A DNA stretch of 64,000 nt from assembly GCF_009914755.1 (NCBI RefSeq), contig NC_060932.1. One strand, 5' to 3'. The translations under genes and the position numbers were made by a program. Shown one piece after another: positions 1 to 13,844 of this stretch. The notes below the pieces were generated by a model. It was not told the DNA's origin and ran no database searches. It worked only from the letters and a program-made list of their open reading frames with translations. This DNA is from the human T2T-CHM13v2.0 reference genome, Homo sapiens. The number at the start of each line of letters is the position of its first letter. Position 1 is the stretch's first letter.

Positions 1-81
1 AGTGAGCAGAGATCCTGCTGCCACTGCACTCCAGCCTGGGTGACACAGTGAGACCCTGTTTCAAAAAAAAAAAAAAAAAAA
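1..81 (+). mobile_element. Alu 3' end with poly(A), cut by the window edge
   Basis: GCCACTGCACTCCAGCCTGGGTGACA...CCCTGTTTC followed by an A-run. Confidence 0.9.
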
Positions 82-661
82 ACTAATTAAAATCTGACCA
101 TTTGTCAAAAACTATGCTAATTTCTGGGTATATGAAAACAAATAAAACAAGGTCTTTTACTCATAAATTTATACACATATATGTGAATACATATATTTAG
201 AGAAAGAGCTATTAGTCTTCATGTAGAAATAATTTATATAAATTAATAAGAAAAAATCACAAAGAAAAATGAGTAGAGCAGAGGCATTTATTTTAAAAAA
301 GCATGTTTACAAAAATGTGTTAACCACATCAGAAAGAAAGAGAAGCAAATTAAAGTAGGAATGAAAAATCATTTTACACCCATGAAATTGGCATTTTAAC
401 CAAGAGTAAATAAATTAAAATATTTAATTCTTCTGGTGGGAATGTAATAATTTGGCAAGAGTTTTAAATGTTTTCATGGTAAATGTAATTCTAAACAAAG
501 AAAATAAAGATACAGAGACATACATCACAGTTATTTTTAAAATAGTAAATAATATCTAATAATAGAGATATAAAATATGTTATAATATATTTTGATGGCA
601 GGCTATTGTGCAGCCATTTAAAATACTATTACATTTATTGCCATAAAAATATGGCCATGTC

Positions 662-1001
<340 letters not shown>

Positions 1002-1134
1002 CTAAATGTATTATAAATATATACACGATTAGGGAAAAAAGACTGGAAGAAAACACTAAAATGTAACCAGCAGTTAAACCAGGTTTTAGGATCATGAGTG
1101 ACTTGCACAAAAATCTTCCATGGGACTCCATCCC

Positions 1135-1600
1135 TGTGTTGCCATTTTCTGTTGTAACAAATTGCCACACACTTAGTGGCTTCCTGCAACACAAATTTAT
1201 TATCGTATAGTTTTGGAGGTGGTCAGAACGCCAAAAAGGTTTTATGGGCCTAAAGTCAAGGTATGGGTGGGGCTGCCTCCCTTTCTAGAGGCTCAGGGGA
1301 AAGTCTGTGTCTCAGCTTTTCCTGCTTTTAGAGGCTGCCTGCATTCTTTGGTACTTGGCTGCATCACTCTGACCTCCCTTCTGTTGTTACTTCTTCTCTG
1401 ACTCTGACCCTCTCGTCTCCCTCCTATAAGGACACCTGTGGTTATATTGAGCCTTCCTGAATATCCAGGATAACCTCATAATCTCAAGATCCCTACCTTA
1501 GTCAAACCCACAAAATCATTTTTGCCATGTAAGGTGATGTATTCATACCTTTTGAGAGTTAGGAAGCAGATCTATTTAAAAGCCATTATTTTGCCTACGC
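1135..1600 (-). mobile_element. MaLR solo LTR (MLT1D-like)
   Basis: TGTAACAAATTGCCACACACTTAGTGGC...CACAAATTTATTATC...GCCATGTAAGGTGA matches reverse-oriented MLT1. Confidence 0.7.
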
Positions 1601-1867
1601 AATCCTCTTCAGGATAAATCCCAGATTTCTGAGAGTAGTGTCACAGCCTCTAAAATTTGGAGTCCCTCCAGTTCTTCCAGCCTTCAGTCCTACTGAATCC
1701 ATCTCCAGAACATTTGCTATCTTCCTGTAGGCCTCAGCTTCCTACTTTCTTGCCTTTATCTTCTTGTTCCTCCCTGGGAAGTCCCCTACCTTCTCCAAAC
1801 CCACATCTTATCCTTTCTTCAAGATCCAACTTTACATCTGTAGTAGACAGCAGTGACCATAAAGATA

Positions 1868-2275
1868 CTGCATAACATAACTGCCCTGAAACTCAGTGGC
1901 TTAAACCCACGTTCATTCTCATTTATGTTTCTGCAGCTTGGCTGGGGTCAGGTCTGCTCTATGCATATTTCATCCTCCATGGACCAGAGCTGATTTTTGT
2001 CATGGTGACGACAGTAGCATGAGAAGAAAGAACCCCACTGTGCAAGCACACTCGTCTCTGGTCTCTATTACGGTCACTAACAACCTACTGGCCAGAGCAA
2101 GTCACGTGGTCCAGCCTAACATCAATGGAACAGGGAAATATACCTTGCTTCTAGAAGGAGGTAAAGTACAGTAAATGTTTCATGTGGCTCAGCCTAAAAT
2201 CAATGAAACAAGGAAATACACTCTGCTCCCAGGATGAGGTAAAAGATAGTAAATATTTGCTGAACAATGATTCAA
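1868..2275 (-). mobile_element. Old MLT1-type LTR remnant with internal 78-bp duplication
   Basis: AAACTCAGTGGCTTAAAC...GGCCAGAGCAAGTCACGTGG motifs. Confidence 0.5.
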
Positions 2276-2939
2276 GTGATCATAAATCCTCCTCCTCTGG
2301 GAAGCCTTCTTTGAGTTCCCCAGCTGCAAACTCTTTATTCTTCCTTTGACATCTCACAGCCCTCTAACTCCGCTTTTCTTAGAGCCAAAGGTATTTATCT
2401 ATAGCATAGTTCATTATCTCTAATAGGGTATGGATACCTATGTATGAGCCACTTGAGGTCTAGACAAGTGGCTGATTCTCGTTTACTACTAAGCCCACCC
2501 TTCATCCCACTCCAAGTGTCTGATGCCTACTCAGTAAAGGCCCCAGAACAGAACAACCAGTACCATCCATCTCTTTTCATGAAGCTTCGGTGTAGAAGAC
2601 CCATCAGGCTCACCTGGGAATTCTCTTATTGCTGGCAGCCAAGCTTGCAATATTTGGGATACTGCATTGGACACACAGGACACATCCATGACTCCCAAGT
2701 TGATGGTGCTTTCGTGGTCCTAATTATCAGAGGGATAAGAAAAGCCTGGTCTTTTTTGGCTGAATGGCTTCAGGCTGCATTCTCATGGGCATTTTTTTAA
2801 GGAGGGACTTTAAAATAAAAGAGGTGCCTTTTCTGCTTTAAATCCTGTGGAAGCAGATTATGAGAAACACACCTTGGGAACTGCCATCCCAGGGGCCTAT
2901 CCATGGGTCCATTTAAACTTGGGTTTAAAACGTGTTTCT

Positions 2940-3569
2940 CACTTTTACACTGTTGGTGGGACTGTAAACTAGTTCAACCATTGTGGAAGTCAGTGTGGCG
3001 ATTCCTCAGGGATCTAGAACTAGAAATACCATTTGACCCAGCCATCCCATTACTGGGTATATACCCAAAGGACTATAAATCATGCTGCTATAAAGACACT
3101 TGCACACGTATGTTTATTGCGGCACTATTCACAATAGCAAAGACTTGGAACCAACCCAAATGTCCAACAATGATAGACTGGATTAAGAAAATGTGGCACA
3201 TATACACCATGGAATACTATGCAGCCATAAAAAATGATGAGTTCATGTCCTTTGTAGGGACATGGATGAAATTGGAAACCATCATTCTCAGTAAACTATC
3301 GCAAGAACAAAAAACCAAACACCGCATATTCTCACTCATAGGTGGGAATTGAACAATGAGATCACATGGACACAGGAAGGGGAATATCACACTCTGGGGA
3401 CTGTGGTGGGGTCGGGGGAGGGGGGAGGGATAGCATTGGGAGATATACCTAATGCTAGATGATGAGTTAGTGGGTGCAGTGCACCAGCATGACACATGTA
3501 TACATATGTAACTAACCTGCACAATGTGCACATGTACCCTAAAACTTAGAGTATAATAAAAAAAAAACA
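2940..3569 (+). mobile_element. 5'-truncated L1HS-like LINE-1 (ORF2 C-terminus, 3'UTR, polyA)
   Basis: Translates to LLHCWWDCKLVQPLWKSVWRFLRDLELEIPFDPAIPLLG...SLIGGN (L1 ORF2p end); G-rich 3'UTR; TSD AAAACGTGTTTCT (2927-2939 / 3570-3582). Confidence 0.97.
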
Positions 3570-4813
3570 AAAACGTGTTTCTTCACCGACAGGGAAATGC
3601 CTAACTCTGATTGGTGTGTAGGGCTTTGTTTTAAAAGTTTGCACTCTGTGGCACTGGGATCTGGTTCAGTTTCCCATCAGTTGGATGATCTTGGGCAAGT
3701 CGCTGGCTCTGTGAGCTCCAGGTTTTCCATCTGATGAGTTGAGGCCTGGCTGGTCCTGGACACTCACCAGTCAACTGCTGTGCTAGCCCTTGTGTTTAGA
3801 GAATACTGTGGGCATTGAAGCGTGAGATTTGCAAAGTGCTTAGCAGCCCAGAGGGTGGGCTCAGCTCACTACCAGACTTTCCCTGTGCACCCACGCTGGG
3901 GCTGACCCTGTTGAGGAGTCATGGGTTCTTTCCCCAGTCTGCATGAGCCATTGGAATGTTTCCAGATTTCCTTCTTGCAGGCTGGGCAGGCCTCTTCATT
4001 CCCAGCCAATGGGTCAGAACAGCTATAAAATGAAAGAGGACATGGTTTGTGGATTTATACCCTGGAAGCACCTTCTCATATGCCTGCTCCATCAGAGTGG
4101 TGTTCTCAGCACTCCCCACGGGGAAAAGCCCACACTGGAGCCTGGGCAGGGGCGGCTGGTGAGGCTTGGAGCCTCACCAAACACTCCCAATGTATTTCCT
4201 GGTGAAGTGGAAAATGACATCATTTAAAGAGCGATGCAAAACAAACAGGAAGTTGGAACTGGGATCCATTCCTGCGGAGGAGGGTGGAGGAAGGAGGTTG
4301 AGGGGAACGTGACTAATAATAGTATAGTCATGAACATTCATATAGTTCTCTTTGGCTTCCTTTCCCTGCCTCTGTAACAAACTTCCTGAAGCTTAGGGGT
4401 GTGGGGGCTGAGTGAAATGTAATTACAGCCAAGAATGGGACACAATCTCAAAGTGACTATCAGACACAGAAATTCATTGATGTTCATTTCCCATCACGTG
4501 GCCTTCTTCATGGGTCCGCGTGGACCCTGGCCTCTCCTGTGTACTGGGGACTTCTCTCCTGCACTGCCTCTCACTCTGAGCTGCACAGCACCGTTCCCCT
4601 CCCTCCCCATGTTTGTTACGTCTCACTGTTGCACCACAATAAAAATAATCATGATGGGAAGAACAAATGCTTATGAAGCCCTGACAATGTGCTGTGCATA
4701 TTTTAACCACTTTACATTTATTAGTCATTTAATCCCCACGATTATCTCATGGGGTAGGTCCTATTGTCCCATTTTACACTTGAGGGAACTCAGTAATGCT
4801 TCATGTTTTACAA

Positions 4814-5200
4814 TGTAGATTTTATTACTATTCAGGTATGATGAGGCTACAGATCAGAGTGTGATGCCTTTGAAAAGACAGTTCCCAAGAGGAGGGGCAC
4901 ACCAGGCCATGGGGTCTATGGGGGAAGCACTGTGTCTGCCAGTCAGAAGACACAGGGAGTGGGAAAAGAGCCTTCACTGTGGCTTCCAGGGGAAGGAATG
5001 GTCAAGCAGGCTTAGGATTGTCGAGTTTGAATACTTTCCATGACTCTGGGGTCATAGAGTTCGACCCTAATTGTCCAGCACCTGTCCCTGGGGTGAGTAG
5101 GTCAGGGAAATCATGGCCAAGAGTATGAGAGCAATAGAGCAGGTAAAGTTGTGAGCTCTGGGTTGGCTGGTTTATGTACCCATTTGTAATCGGCAAAAGG
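4814..5200. mobile_element. LTR remnant (MER21-like)
   Basis: TATGATGAGGCTACAGATCAG...GAAAAGACAGTT...CCAAGAGGAGGGGCACACC resembles MER21-family LTRs; boundaries approximate. Confidence 0.4.
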
Positions 5201-7713
5201 GTCCAGCTGCCCATCGCCTGCGGAAAGAAGTCCAAATAATCACAAGTTATGAAAAGACATTGTAAGCTTTCTTTATTACCCATGCCAGCAAGAGGAAGAG
5301 TAGAAAGAAATTCCACTCTTTTAATTTGTGAAGGGAGTGCAGGGGTTTTTAAAGAAAGAGTTTGGAATATAGACGAGGCAGGAGGGTGCTAGGAGGTGCC
5401 AGGTGGCGTGACTTGCTCCAAAGTTGCATCTTGATTTATTGTTCCACTTGGTGGAGGGGCTGGCACCGTTGTGGATCCTCTCAAGTTATAAATTAATCAC
5501 AGTCAATATTGTAGTCAGTCTTCAGCCAGAAGTGGGTTCCGACCTTAAAATATTTTTTTGCTAGAGAGAGAATTCTGATCTGGTCCTTATCAGGATCCAA
5601 CTTCTGAAGCTTCTAAGGAAATAAATGACCATAAATATGAGCATGGTGTGACCCTAACAAGCATCTAGGTAAATAAATGTGCATAAGGTGTGGAAGCGTA
5701 GAATGGGAAAAGAAAGGGAGTGGAGGTTCACAGCACATTTCAAGGCTGTATTTCAAGATGAAAGGTGACCCATATGCAGTTTGTGTCAAAGTTATATCTT
5801 GAGACTTGAGGGTGTGCAGAGGAGGAAAGGGGAAATGAAAAAAAAAAGTTTTAAAACATGGTTTGAGGCTCAGCTGCTCAGCTACACATTTACTGTCTCT
5901 AGGAATTGGCCAGCTCTGGGAGGGTGGTCTCTTCAATACAAGCAAGGCTCTCATTGCCAAAACATGAGAATGACAAGACATGCTTCATACCCTTGGAAGT
6001 CTACAGAATGTTTTATGGAAGCCCCATCAGTCTATGGGATCCCAGCTCTACTCAGCTCCCTGCCAGGCACCTTTCTGGAGGTTGAAGGTCGTCAAATAAA
6101 TGAAAGCCTAAATCTCTGCCCTCAAAGAGTTCCCAGTCTAGTGAGGAAGCAGATATGTAAATCTCCTTGCACCACCTGATAATGTCCACCCATTCACCCC
6201 CAGCTGGAGAGAAGTGCAAAGTACTATTTGATGAAGAGACTAACAAGAAAACCGCATAGCTGAGAGGCAATAAAAGCTAGACATGCAGGATAAGGAAGAG
6301 CTCTCTGGAAAGGTAAGCATCTGAGTTGTACTCAGAGAGGAGGAACAGAATTATAGAAGATTAGGGAAGTGCACACATGTAAGCTGCCTCTGGAAAACAG
6401 TACAGAGGCCAGAGCAGTTAGAAAACAAGATGTGGGCAGGAGCAGGACTGAGATGAGGCTGCTGTGGAGTTTAACCGTGTTTAGCATGATCATAGCATCC
6501 AGGAGTTACTGAGCACTTTCTATGTGCAAGAGGTCTCTAAGCAATAGCATTTTCTCATCCCTCACCGCAGGAGGAGGAAATTCAGGCACAGGTGTCCCAG
6601 GTCACAGAGGAAGAGGGGGAGCCTGGGTTCAAAGTTGAGGGGTGTGACTCCAGTGACCTCACTTTTAACTGCTGCAAAGGGAGCTCCAAAGGGTTTTACA
6701 GTCCAGGTGACAGTTCTAGAAGTTTCCTCTTGTCAGCTCTGTTGAATATTTTTCAGCAGGAGATGCTGAAGACAGTGAGCAATTAGGAGGTTGTTGCATT
6801 GGTTCAGAGGGGGAAAAAAAAAGAGAAAAGTTGATGGAGAGAGATGATGTTTATGGCACAGAATTGACTGGATCAGGTGAGAAGATGAGCTGCATGTAGG
6901 GGTGAAGGAGAAGTAAGAAGGGAAGGTTGAGGCTCCAGCCTGTGCAGCTGTGCAGGCACCAGCCCCCTTATCTTGGGGGTAGATATGCTTGGGAAGGAGC
7001 TGGGGTCAGCGGGAGGCTGGAAGTTGGCGGGCCCTGCCCGAGGAGGCGAAGCTGGCTGCAAGCAGCACCCAGGCTCACACTGAAACTCCTTTCCTGGTGC
7101 TGCTGCATCACAGCACAGAATTTAGTCCTGTGCTAGAAGTTTTGAAACCCCATTCTCTGTTCTTTCTCTCTGTGGGTCTAGGAACACCAGGCACCGAGAT
7201 ACTTTGCAACTCCCCCTGCAGGTGCAGACCTGGATTTGGTAACAGCCCTCTTCCCTCCACCACTCCCACTCTTGCTAGGTCCTGGACCCCGCTCCCCAGG
7301 TGCGACTCCACTACCCAACTGGCAGGTCTTTACTGCAGATGCAGCCTCCCCAGGAAATAGACTCTTCTGCGGGAGGCTGGGAGTGTGTCTTTTTACATGA
7401 AGGACTTGTGGGGTATCATGAAATGTGTCTGCAAAGGCCCTGTGAACTCACTCCAGATTCTCCTACGTTTCCCTCCCGTAATAGTTACACATATGCTGCA
7501 GTTGTCTGCCTGGAATTTCCTGCCTTCACCCTGCTCCCGACCAGACCCAGAGGAACCATTTTCTCCAGTTCCCCCTTGGTCCTGCTGGTGGCTGGCAGGG
7601 GCGTTAGATGTCCTTCTACCATCTGCACCCTTGGGGAAGAAGCCAGAGTTCCAGTCATCCTTTGCTTAGGGTCATCTGCTTACAGGCTTGCTCCTCTGCT
7701 CTGCTCTCAGTAA

Positions 7714-8098
7714 CAGGGTCCCTGGGTACTCACCACTGGTGCAAAATTTAAGGAGGCACCAAAAAACTCAGTTATCAAGATAAATAATTTGTTGCAAAAA
7801 ATTTTTAAAAATCAAAATGAATGCAAACAATCCAAATGTTTAACAACAACAGAGTCCACTTCTGCAGTTGCAGAGCCTCTGCCTCGCTCTCCTCATCTTA
7901 ATCCCTTCCCTTCTAATCCCTTAAAGCCTGTCTTTATTTTTAAAATTGATATTTTGTTTATCATGAAGATTTTGCATTAATTTTGATTTTAAATATTGAA
8001 TTTAGTATTATTTATCTTGCTTTTTGAGTTTCTTGGAGCCCCGTTAAATTTTGTACCTGAGGCAAGTGCCTCCCTTGCTCACCCTAGTCCTTGTCCTG
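7714..8098. mobile_element. hAT DNA-transposon MITE (MER96B-like)
   Basis: Inverted subterminal blocks GTGCAAAATTTAAGGAGGCACCAAAAAACTCA / TGAGTTTCTTGGAGCCCCGTTAAATTTTGTAC; ends CAGG...CCTG. Confidence 0.7.
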
Positions 8099-10196
8099 CT
8101 TAGAACTGGATGGCTGCAAGGCCACACTTTCTCTGCAGATGCTAGAAGAGTGTCTGCCACACCCTCTAGAAGGCATGGCCCAAGTGTTAGACTTGGAGCC
8201 AAGGGGGTAAGGTTGCAGGGGAATTTCATGGGAAAGCTCACACTGTTTGCAACTTTTATCAAAACTCTCCAATCTGTGCCACCAGCTGTAACACTGAATG
8301 CCAATTTGTTCCCTCAAATATCTGATGCCTGTTTGTTTTTGAAACCTCATTGGTGCTTAAGACATGTTTACTAAGTGAATGAAGAAATTAATGAGTGAAT
8401 CCTCAACTGCATTTTCAATTACGTATAGAAATTTCCCTTTAGAACCCTCAGAATCTTTCCACACTCACCATGTCTGGATTCCATCTTATTACCGTCTTCC
8501 TTAAACTTGCAGATGTTAGAGGAGAATGTTCTTCGGGTAGTAACATTGCACAGGTTAATGCAATGGCCAATTAGGAACAGTAGTGGCAGCCAAAGGTTTA
8601 ATGGCTCCATTGTTGGAGATGCTGCACTTAGATTTTAAATGTGGAGCAATTGTGAACAGATGAAATTGGCTTTCTCTGCAGCATATATATCACCTCGGGT
8701 AAAAAGAAATTAACTATCGCTCTGCATGAGGCATAAAAGAAGAACAAAAATGATACAGAATTTCAAAGATAAGAGGAGGAGAAGTCAGAGAAAAAGATGA
8801 AACTATTTCTACAGTTACACTTGGCTAAGGGTGTCACCTGCTCTCTAATAAGAAGAAATCTGAGCAAAGAAAAGTAAAACTGCAAAAGGTATTGCATGCT
8901 TAATTTGTTATTAAGCTCAAGTTAACTTTATATAGTTATTTTTAGTATTGTTAATTGACTCTCAAATAACCTTTAATGTTTTTATAGAGCCCTAAGAAAA
9001 GGGAGCTCCTAGGTTGTGTATAGTCTGAATTGGTTAGCCCAACACTGACTAATCTCTTAAAAATTCTAGTACCTGTATTGGGAGAACCAGATAATAAGTT
9101 CATGCTACAGAAAGGTGCCCAAGCAAGGCTCATTTGGGGAAGTGGGTTTGCTCCACCATACCAATGGTCTTCACTGTGTTTGAGCACCTACTATATGTAG
9201 GGCTCAAGAGCATGGAAGATGGAAAGAGGGATAAATCTCAGTCATTGCCCTCAATGAAGTTATTGTCTTGTGGCCAAGGCAGACATGTACACCAGTATTT
9301 GCCCAATGAGGTTAATGTCATGGGAAGCTTTGTTTAAAGAGTAGAAAAACCCTCAATGGAAGCCTGATGGAATATACTTTGGGTGAAGATTTGGGGATGA
9401 TGATGATTCAGAAAGTCTTCATAGATGTGGGGCCATGTGAATAGAGTCTAGAAGGAATTCTGGCCATATGACAGAGAGCCCAGCAGGGGCCACTTGGGAG
9501 CCTTTGAAAGAGAGTAATCCTCTCATCTTAGCAGTTTGGTGGGCTGCAAAGTCCACAGGGCCATTGTAGGTGGAGAAAGTTACACCTTTGGAGAGTTGAA
9601 TTTTCTTGGAGTGCAGGAGTGAGTGATAAGAGGATGGTGGTGATAAGGCTTAGGAGTGGGTTCATGCTGGTTCATAAGGGGCCTCACATGTCTCAGTAAA
9701 GGCTGCTAGGCATACGAGAAACATGAAGCAATCCACACTTACACCAGCAGGCGGATGACCACACGGAGGATGGAGTGGAGCAAGACCAGTGAGAAAGAAA
9801 TTCCCTCATTGCCTTGGGGTCACAGAGCTTAATGTACCCTGATGGGGGCCTCTGATTCCCTAGGGTTGTTAATCTAATAAGTGAAACTGGCAAGACCCTT
9901 CTCTGCCCTAGCTTTTCAGAAGAGGTTGGCGTCAGCCTCTCTTCCTGGGGTGCTGTTTTGCCAATTATTCTCCAATCACATTTGTAATGTGGGCCTGGCT
10001 CTGTGCCAGGAGCATCCATATGGATTCTTTCAGGTAATTTTCACAACAACACTGAGAACTGGCTTCATGACTCCATGCTGAGAAAAGGAAACTTAGGCTC
10101 AGAGGTCACATGGAGGAAATAAAGAGCTATGGCATGAATCAGGTCTGTTGACTTTGAAATTTCATGTGCTTTTCAGAGACATACATTATCTCATAA

Positions 10197-10345
10197 TTTC
10201 TCTCTCTTTCTCTTTCTTCTTTCTTTCTTTCTCTTTCTTTCTTTCCTTCTTTCTTTCTTCTTTCCTCTCTCTTTTTTCTTTCCCTCCCTCCCTTCCTTCC
10301 TTCCTCCCTCCATCTCTCCCTTCCTCCTTTTCCCTTCCTTCCTTT
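10197..10345. repeat. Polypyrimidine (TTTC/TCC) low-complexity tract
   Basis: Almost only C and T for about 150 bp. Confidence 0.9.
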
Positions 10346-11303
10346 AATTTTTAAAATTTATTCATCCATCATATTCATTGAAAAATATGATCCTCCACCT
10401 TAGTGCCCTAGAGTCATTAGCTACCTGATGGGATCCTCTAACAACTGAGTTGCATTCAGAAAATCTTTCTTGACAACTTCTATGTGCTTGGCATCTTATA
10501 ATCGCTGAGGAATCCTGTGATGGTTAAGCTATGGTTTCCACCTCAAAATCTTAATCTAATGCAAGAAACAGATGTACGAACCACAAATTACAGTTTGCTG
10601 AGTTAAGTGTTAGAAATGAGCTATGCTAGAAACAACCTAATTCCCCCACATTGTAAAACAGATGACTTATGGCTATGTTGATCCCCACTCCTCACTCCCG
10701 TATGCACCATGCTTTAAAAACGAAAAGGCAGAACAAGCCGCTCTGGGTCTTTTACTCTGTGTTAGCACTTGGATGAAGCATGCATGTTCTCCATTGTCTG
10801 CTTTCTAGAATTCCTTATTAAATAAGGGGAAAAACTGAAAAATTTATATTTTAAGGCTTAATAGTCTGTGAAATAATAATAGACTCTGCACAAAAAATTT
10901 CATCTCACGTTATGGAGTTCTCTATATCAATGTATCAAAACATACATCTTGGATGCTCTTAATGTCTTATGAGATTGAATAATAAATAATTTCAAGAGGG
11001 TGATAAATATTTATATGAGATAGTAAAAGTTTGATTCAGTCATAAAAGAGTTTGAGGAAAAGAAAATTAAAAAGTATTGACATATGCATAGGAAAAAGAT
11101 AAACATAAAGGAATTCAAATGAAATGTTAATAGTGGTTACTTCTGAGAATCAGAATTATATGTAATATTTATTTCCCTTTCCATATTTTTATGTGTCTTC
11201 CCAAAATTCTGCAGTGAGGATGTGTTACTTATATTTTTAGAAAATAAATATTACTTAAAAAAATAAACTTCTTGGTATCTTGAAGATTGTATTTTGTTGG
11301 TGG

Positions 11304-12232
11304 GCTTTTCATCGGCCGACCTGCGCTTTCCGCCACCTGACCTGCTCTTTCCACCATCTGACCTGCTTTTTCCACCATCCCACCTGCGCTTTCCACCATC
11401 CCACCTGCGCTTTCCACCATCTGACCTGTGCTTTCTACCATCTGACCTGTGCTTTCTACCATCTGACCTGTGCTTTCCACCATCCGACCTGTGCTTTCCA
11501 CCAACGGACCTGCGCTTTCCACCATCCGACCTGCTTTTCCCACCATCCGACCTGCTTTTCCCACCATCCGACCTGCGCTTTCCAACATCTGACCTGCTCT
11601 TTCCACCATCTGACCTGCTCTTTCTACCATCTGACCTGTGTTTTCCACCATCCAACCTGTGCTTTCCACCATCGGACCTGCGCTTTCCACCATCTGACCT
11701 GCTCTTTCCACCATCTGACCTGCTCTTTCCACCATCCGGCCTGCTCTTTCCACCATCCGACCTGCACTTTCTACCATCCAACCCGCTCTTTCCACCATCT
11801 GACCTGCATTTTCCACCATCCAACCTGCTCTTTCCACCATCCAGTCTGCTTTCCACCATCTGACCTGCTCTTTCCACCATCTGACCTTCGTTTTCTACCA
11901 TCCATCCTGCTCTTTCCACCACTCAGCCTGCTCTTTCCACTATCTGACCTGCTCTTTCCACCATCCGGCCTACTCTTTCCACTGTCCGACCTGCTCTTTC
12001 CACCATCCAACCTGCTCTTTCCACCATCCAACCTGCTGTTTCCACCATCCGGCCTGCTCTTTTCACTATCTGACCTGCTTTTTCTGCCATCCAGACTGCT
12101 CTTTTCACTATCTGACCTGCTGTTTTCACCATCCAGCCTGTGTCTTCCACCATCTGACCTGCTCTTTCTACTATCTGACCTGTGCTTTCCACCATCCAAC
12201 CTAGTCTTTCCACCATCCAACTTGTGCTTTCC
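11304..12232. repeat. 21-bp minisatellite (VNTR), about 44 copies
   Basis: Consensus GACCTGCTCTTTCCACCATCT in tandem; one 19-bp unit near 11845; 7-aa periodic ORFs on both strands. Confidence 0.97.
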
Positions 12233-12700
12233 TGGAGGGGATTTGGAATTGACTAGGGTGAAGCTCTCTTCTTTGTAAAAATAAAAATTAAACAGGTTTG
12301 AACTAACTTAATGAGTAAGCCTCCGAAGTAGGTGTAGATGATTTCACCTATGCAAGGTAAGCTGAGGTTGCTGAAATACCAGCTTTCCTGCCAGGAATCC
12401 CGCTATAGTGTCTACAAGTATACTAGCAATGTAAGACTTCATGGATGGGGACTTTAAAAGTACTTTGACAAAGAGTCCAGTCAGATGTAAGTTGATACTG
12501 GCTGTCACAGTTGATAATGATAAGAACAACAACAATGGCAAGTGCTTATTTCAACCCAGTGCTCTCTCCCTGCCAAGCTCTAGTCTCCATTCTTCATATG
12601 TTAGATTATTTTATTAATGATGATTAGGTGAGGGAGCAAAGAGAAAGGATTTAGAAACATTTGGGTCTTGTCATTCCAATTCTCTGGGCATAGTTCTTTA

Positions 12701-13080
<380 letters not shown>

Positions 13081-13844
13081 TGATATGGAGGGTACAGTAA
13101 CATTATGTAGGTGAACCAAACTTCCTCACCAACTCACTCATCCATTCACACGCATTGCCATGTATTTAGTTTAATCCTAATTTTAAATAGAGAGACAGAG
13201 GGATATTGTTCTCTGCCTTGCACCCTTTCTCCTGAGCTGCACCTGCAGCTTCTCCATTCCATAGTGATTCTAAGATTTTCCACCAGGGGTATTGTCCCAA
13301 ATGAGGCCAGAGACTTTTGGAAAGACCCTTAGGGGAGCCGTCTTTTAGTTCAGGATCACAGATGTGTGGATGGAATGCAACTTGTAAAGCTCATGTCTGA
13401 GAAGGAAGCAAGACAGATCTGAGTGAGGGAAAGAGCCTATGGGACCTTGACCATATGGAGTCACCATGGCTTAACCTGTCCTCCACCCCAGGATATCTCA
13501 GTTACTTGAGCCAATACATTTTGTTTTTGGCTCCTGATGACTGTCCTGAAAAAGCCTATTTTCTATGTAAATGAAATCTGAAAGGAATGATCCAAATATT
13601 AGTACAGAGGAAAGTATTTATTTTCATATTCTTTTTTTCTGTGTTTTTACAAGTGTTTTATAAAGATTGTTTTTACTTTTATGCTAAGAAAAAATTAAAG
13701 TGTAAATGTTTTAAAGGGTTGTGTTGTGATATCTGCCTTGGATACATTCCCTTCCTTTGTATGGTTGGGATTGTAGGCTAAGAATTTAAGGCTTTCCCAC
13801 CTCCATCTGGGTGCTGCCCTGAGCTATAGATTTCAGTATGATGC

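Noticed and set aside
2903-3352. 149-aa ORF fusing a flanking ATG to the L1 ORF2 C-terminus
   Set aside because: A young L1 fragment is open by default, and a chance in-frame upstream ATG is common. There is no support for transcription.
11304-12232. CRISPR-like appearance (constant core plus variable part)
   Set aside because: The variable parts are about 10-nt point variants of one consensus, not unique spacers. There are no cas genes and the context is primate.
11229-12278. 149-332 aa ORFs, including a His/Cys-rich one resembling a metal-binding protein
   Set aside because: They are an expected by-product of a 21-bp period. The longest starts at TTG, and no promoter or splice context is evident.
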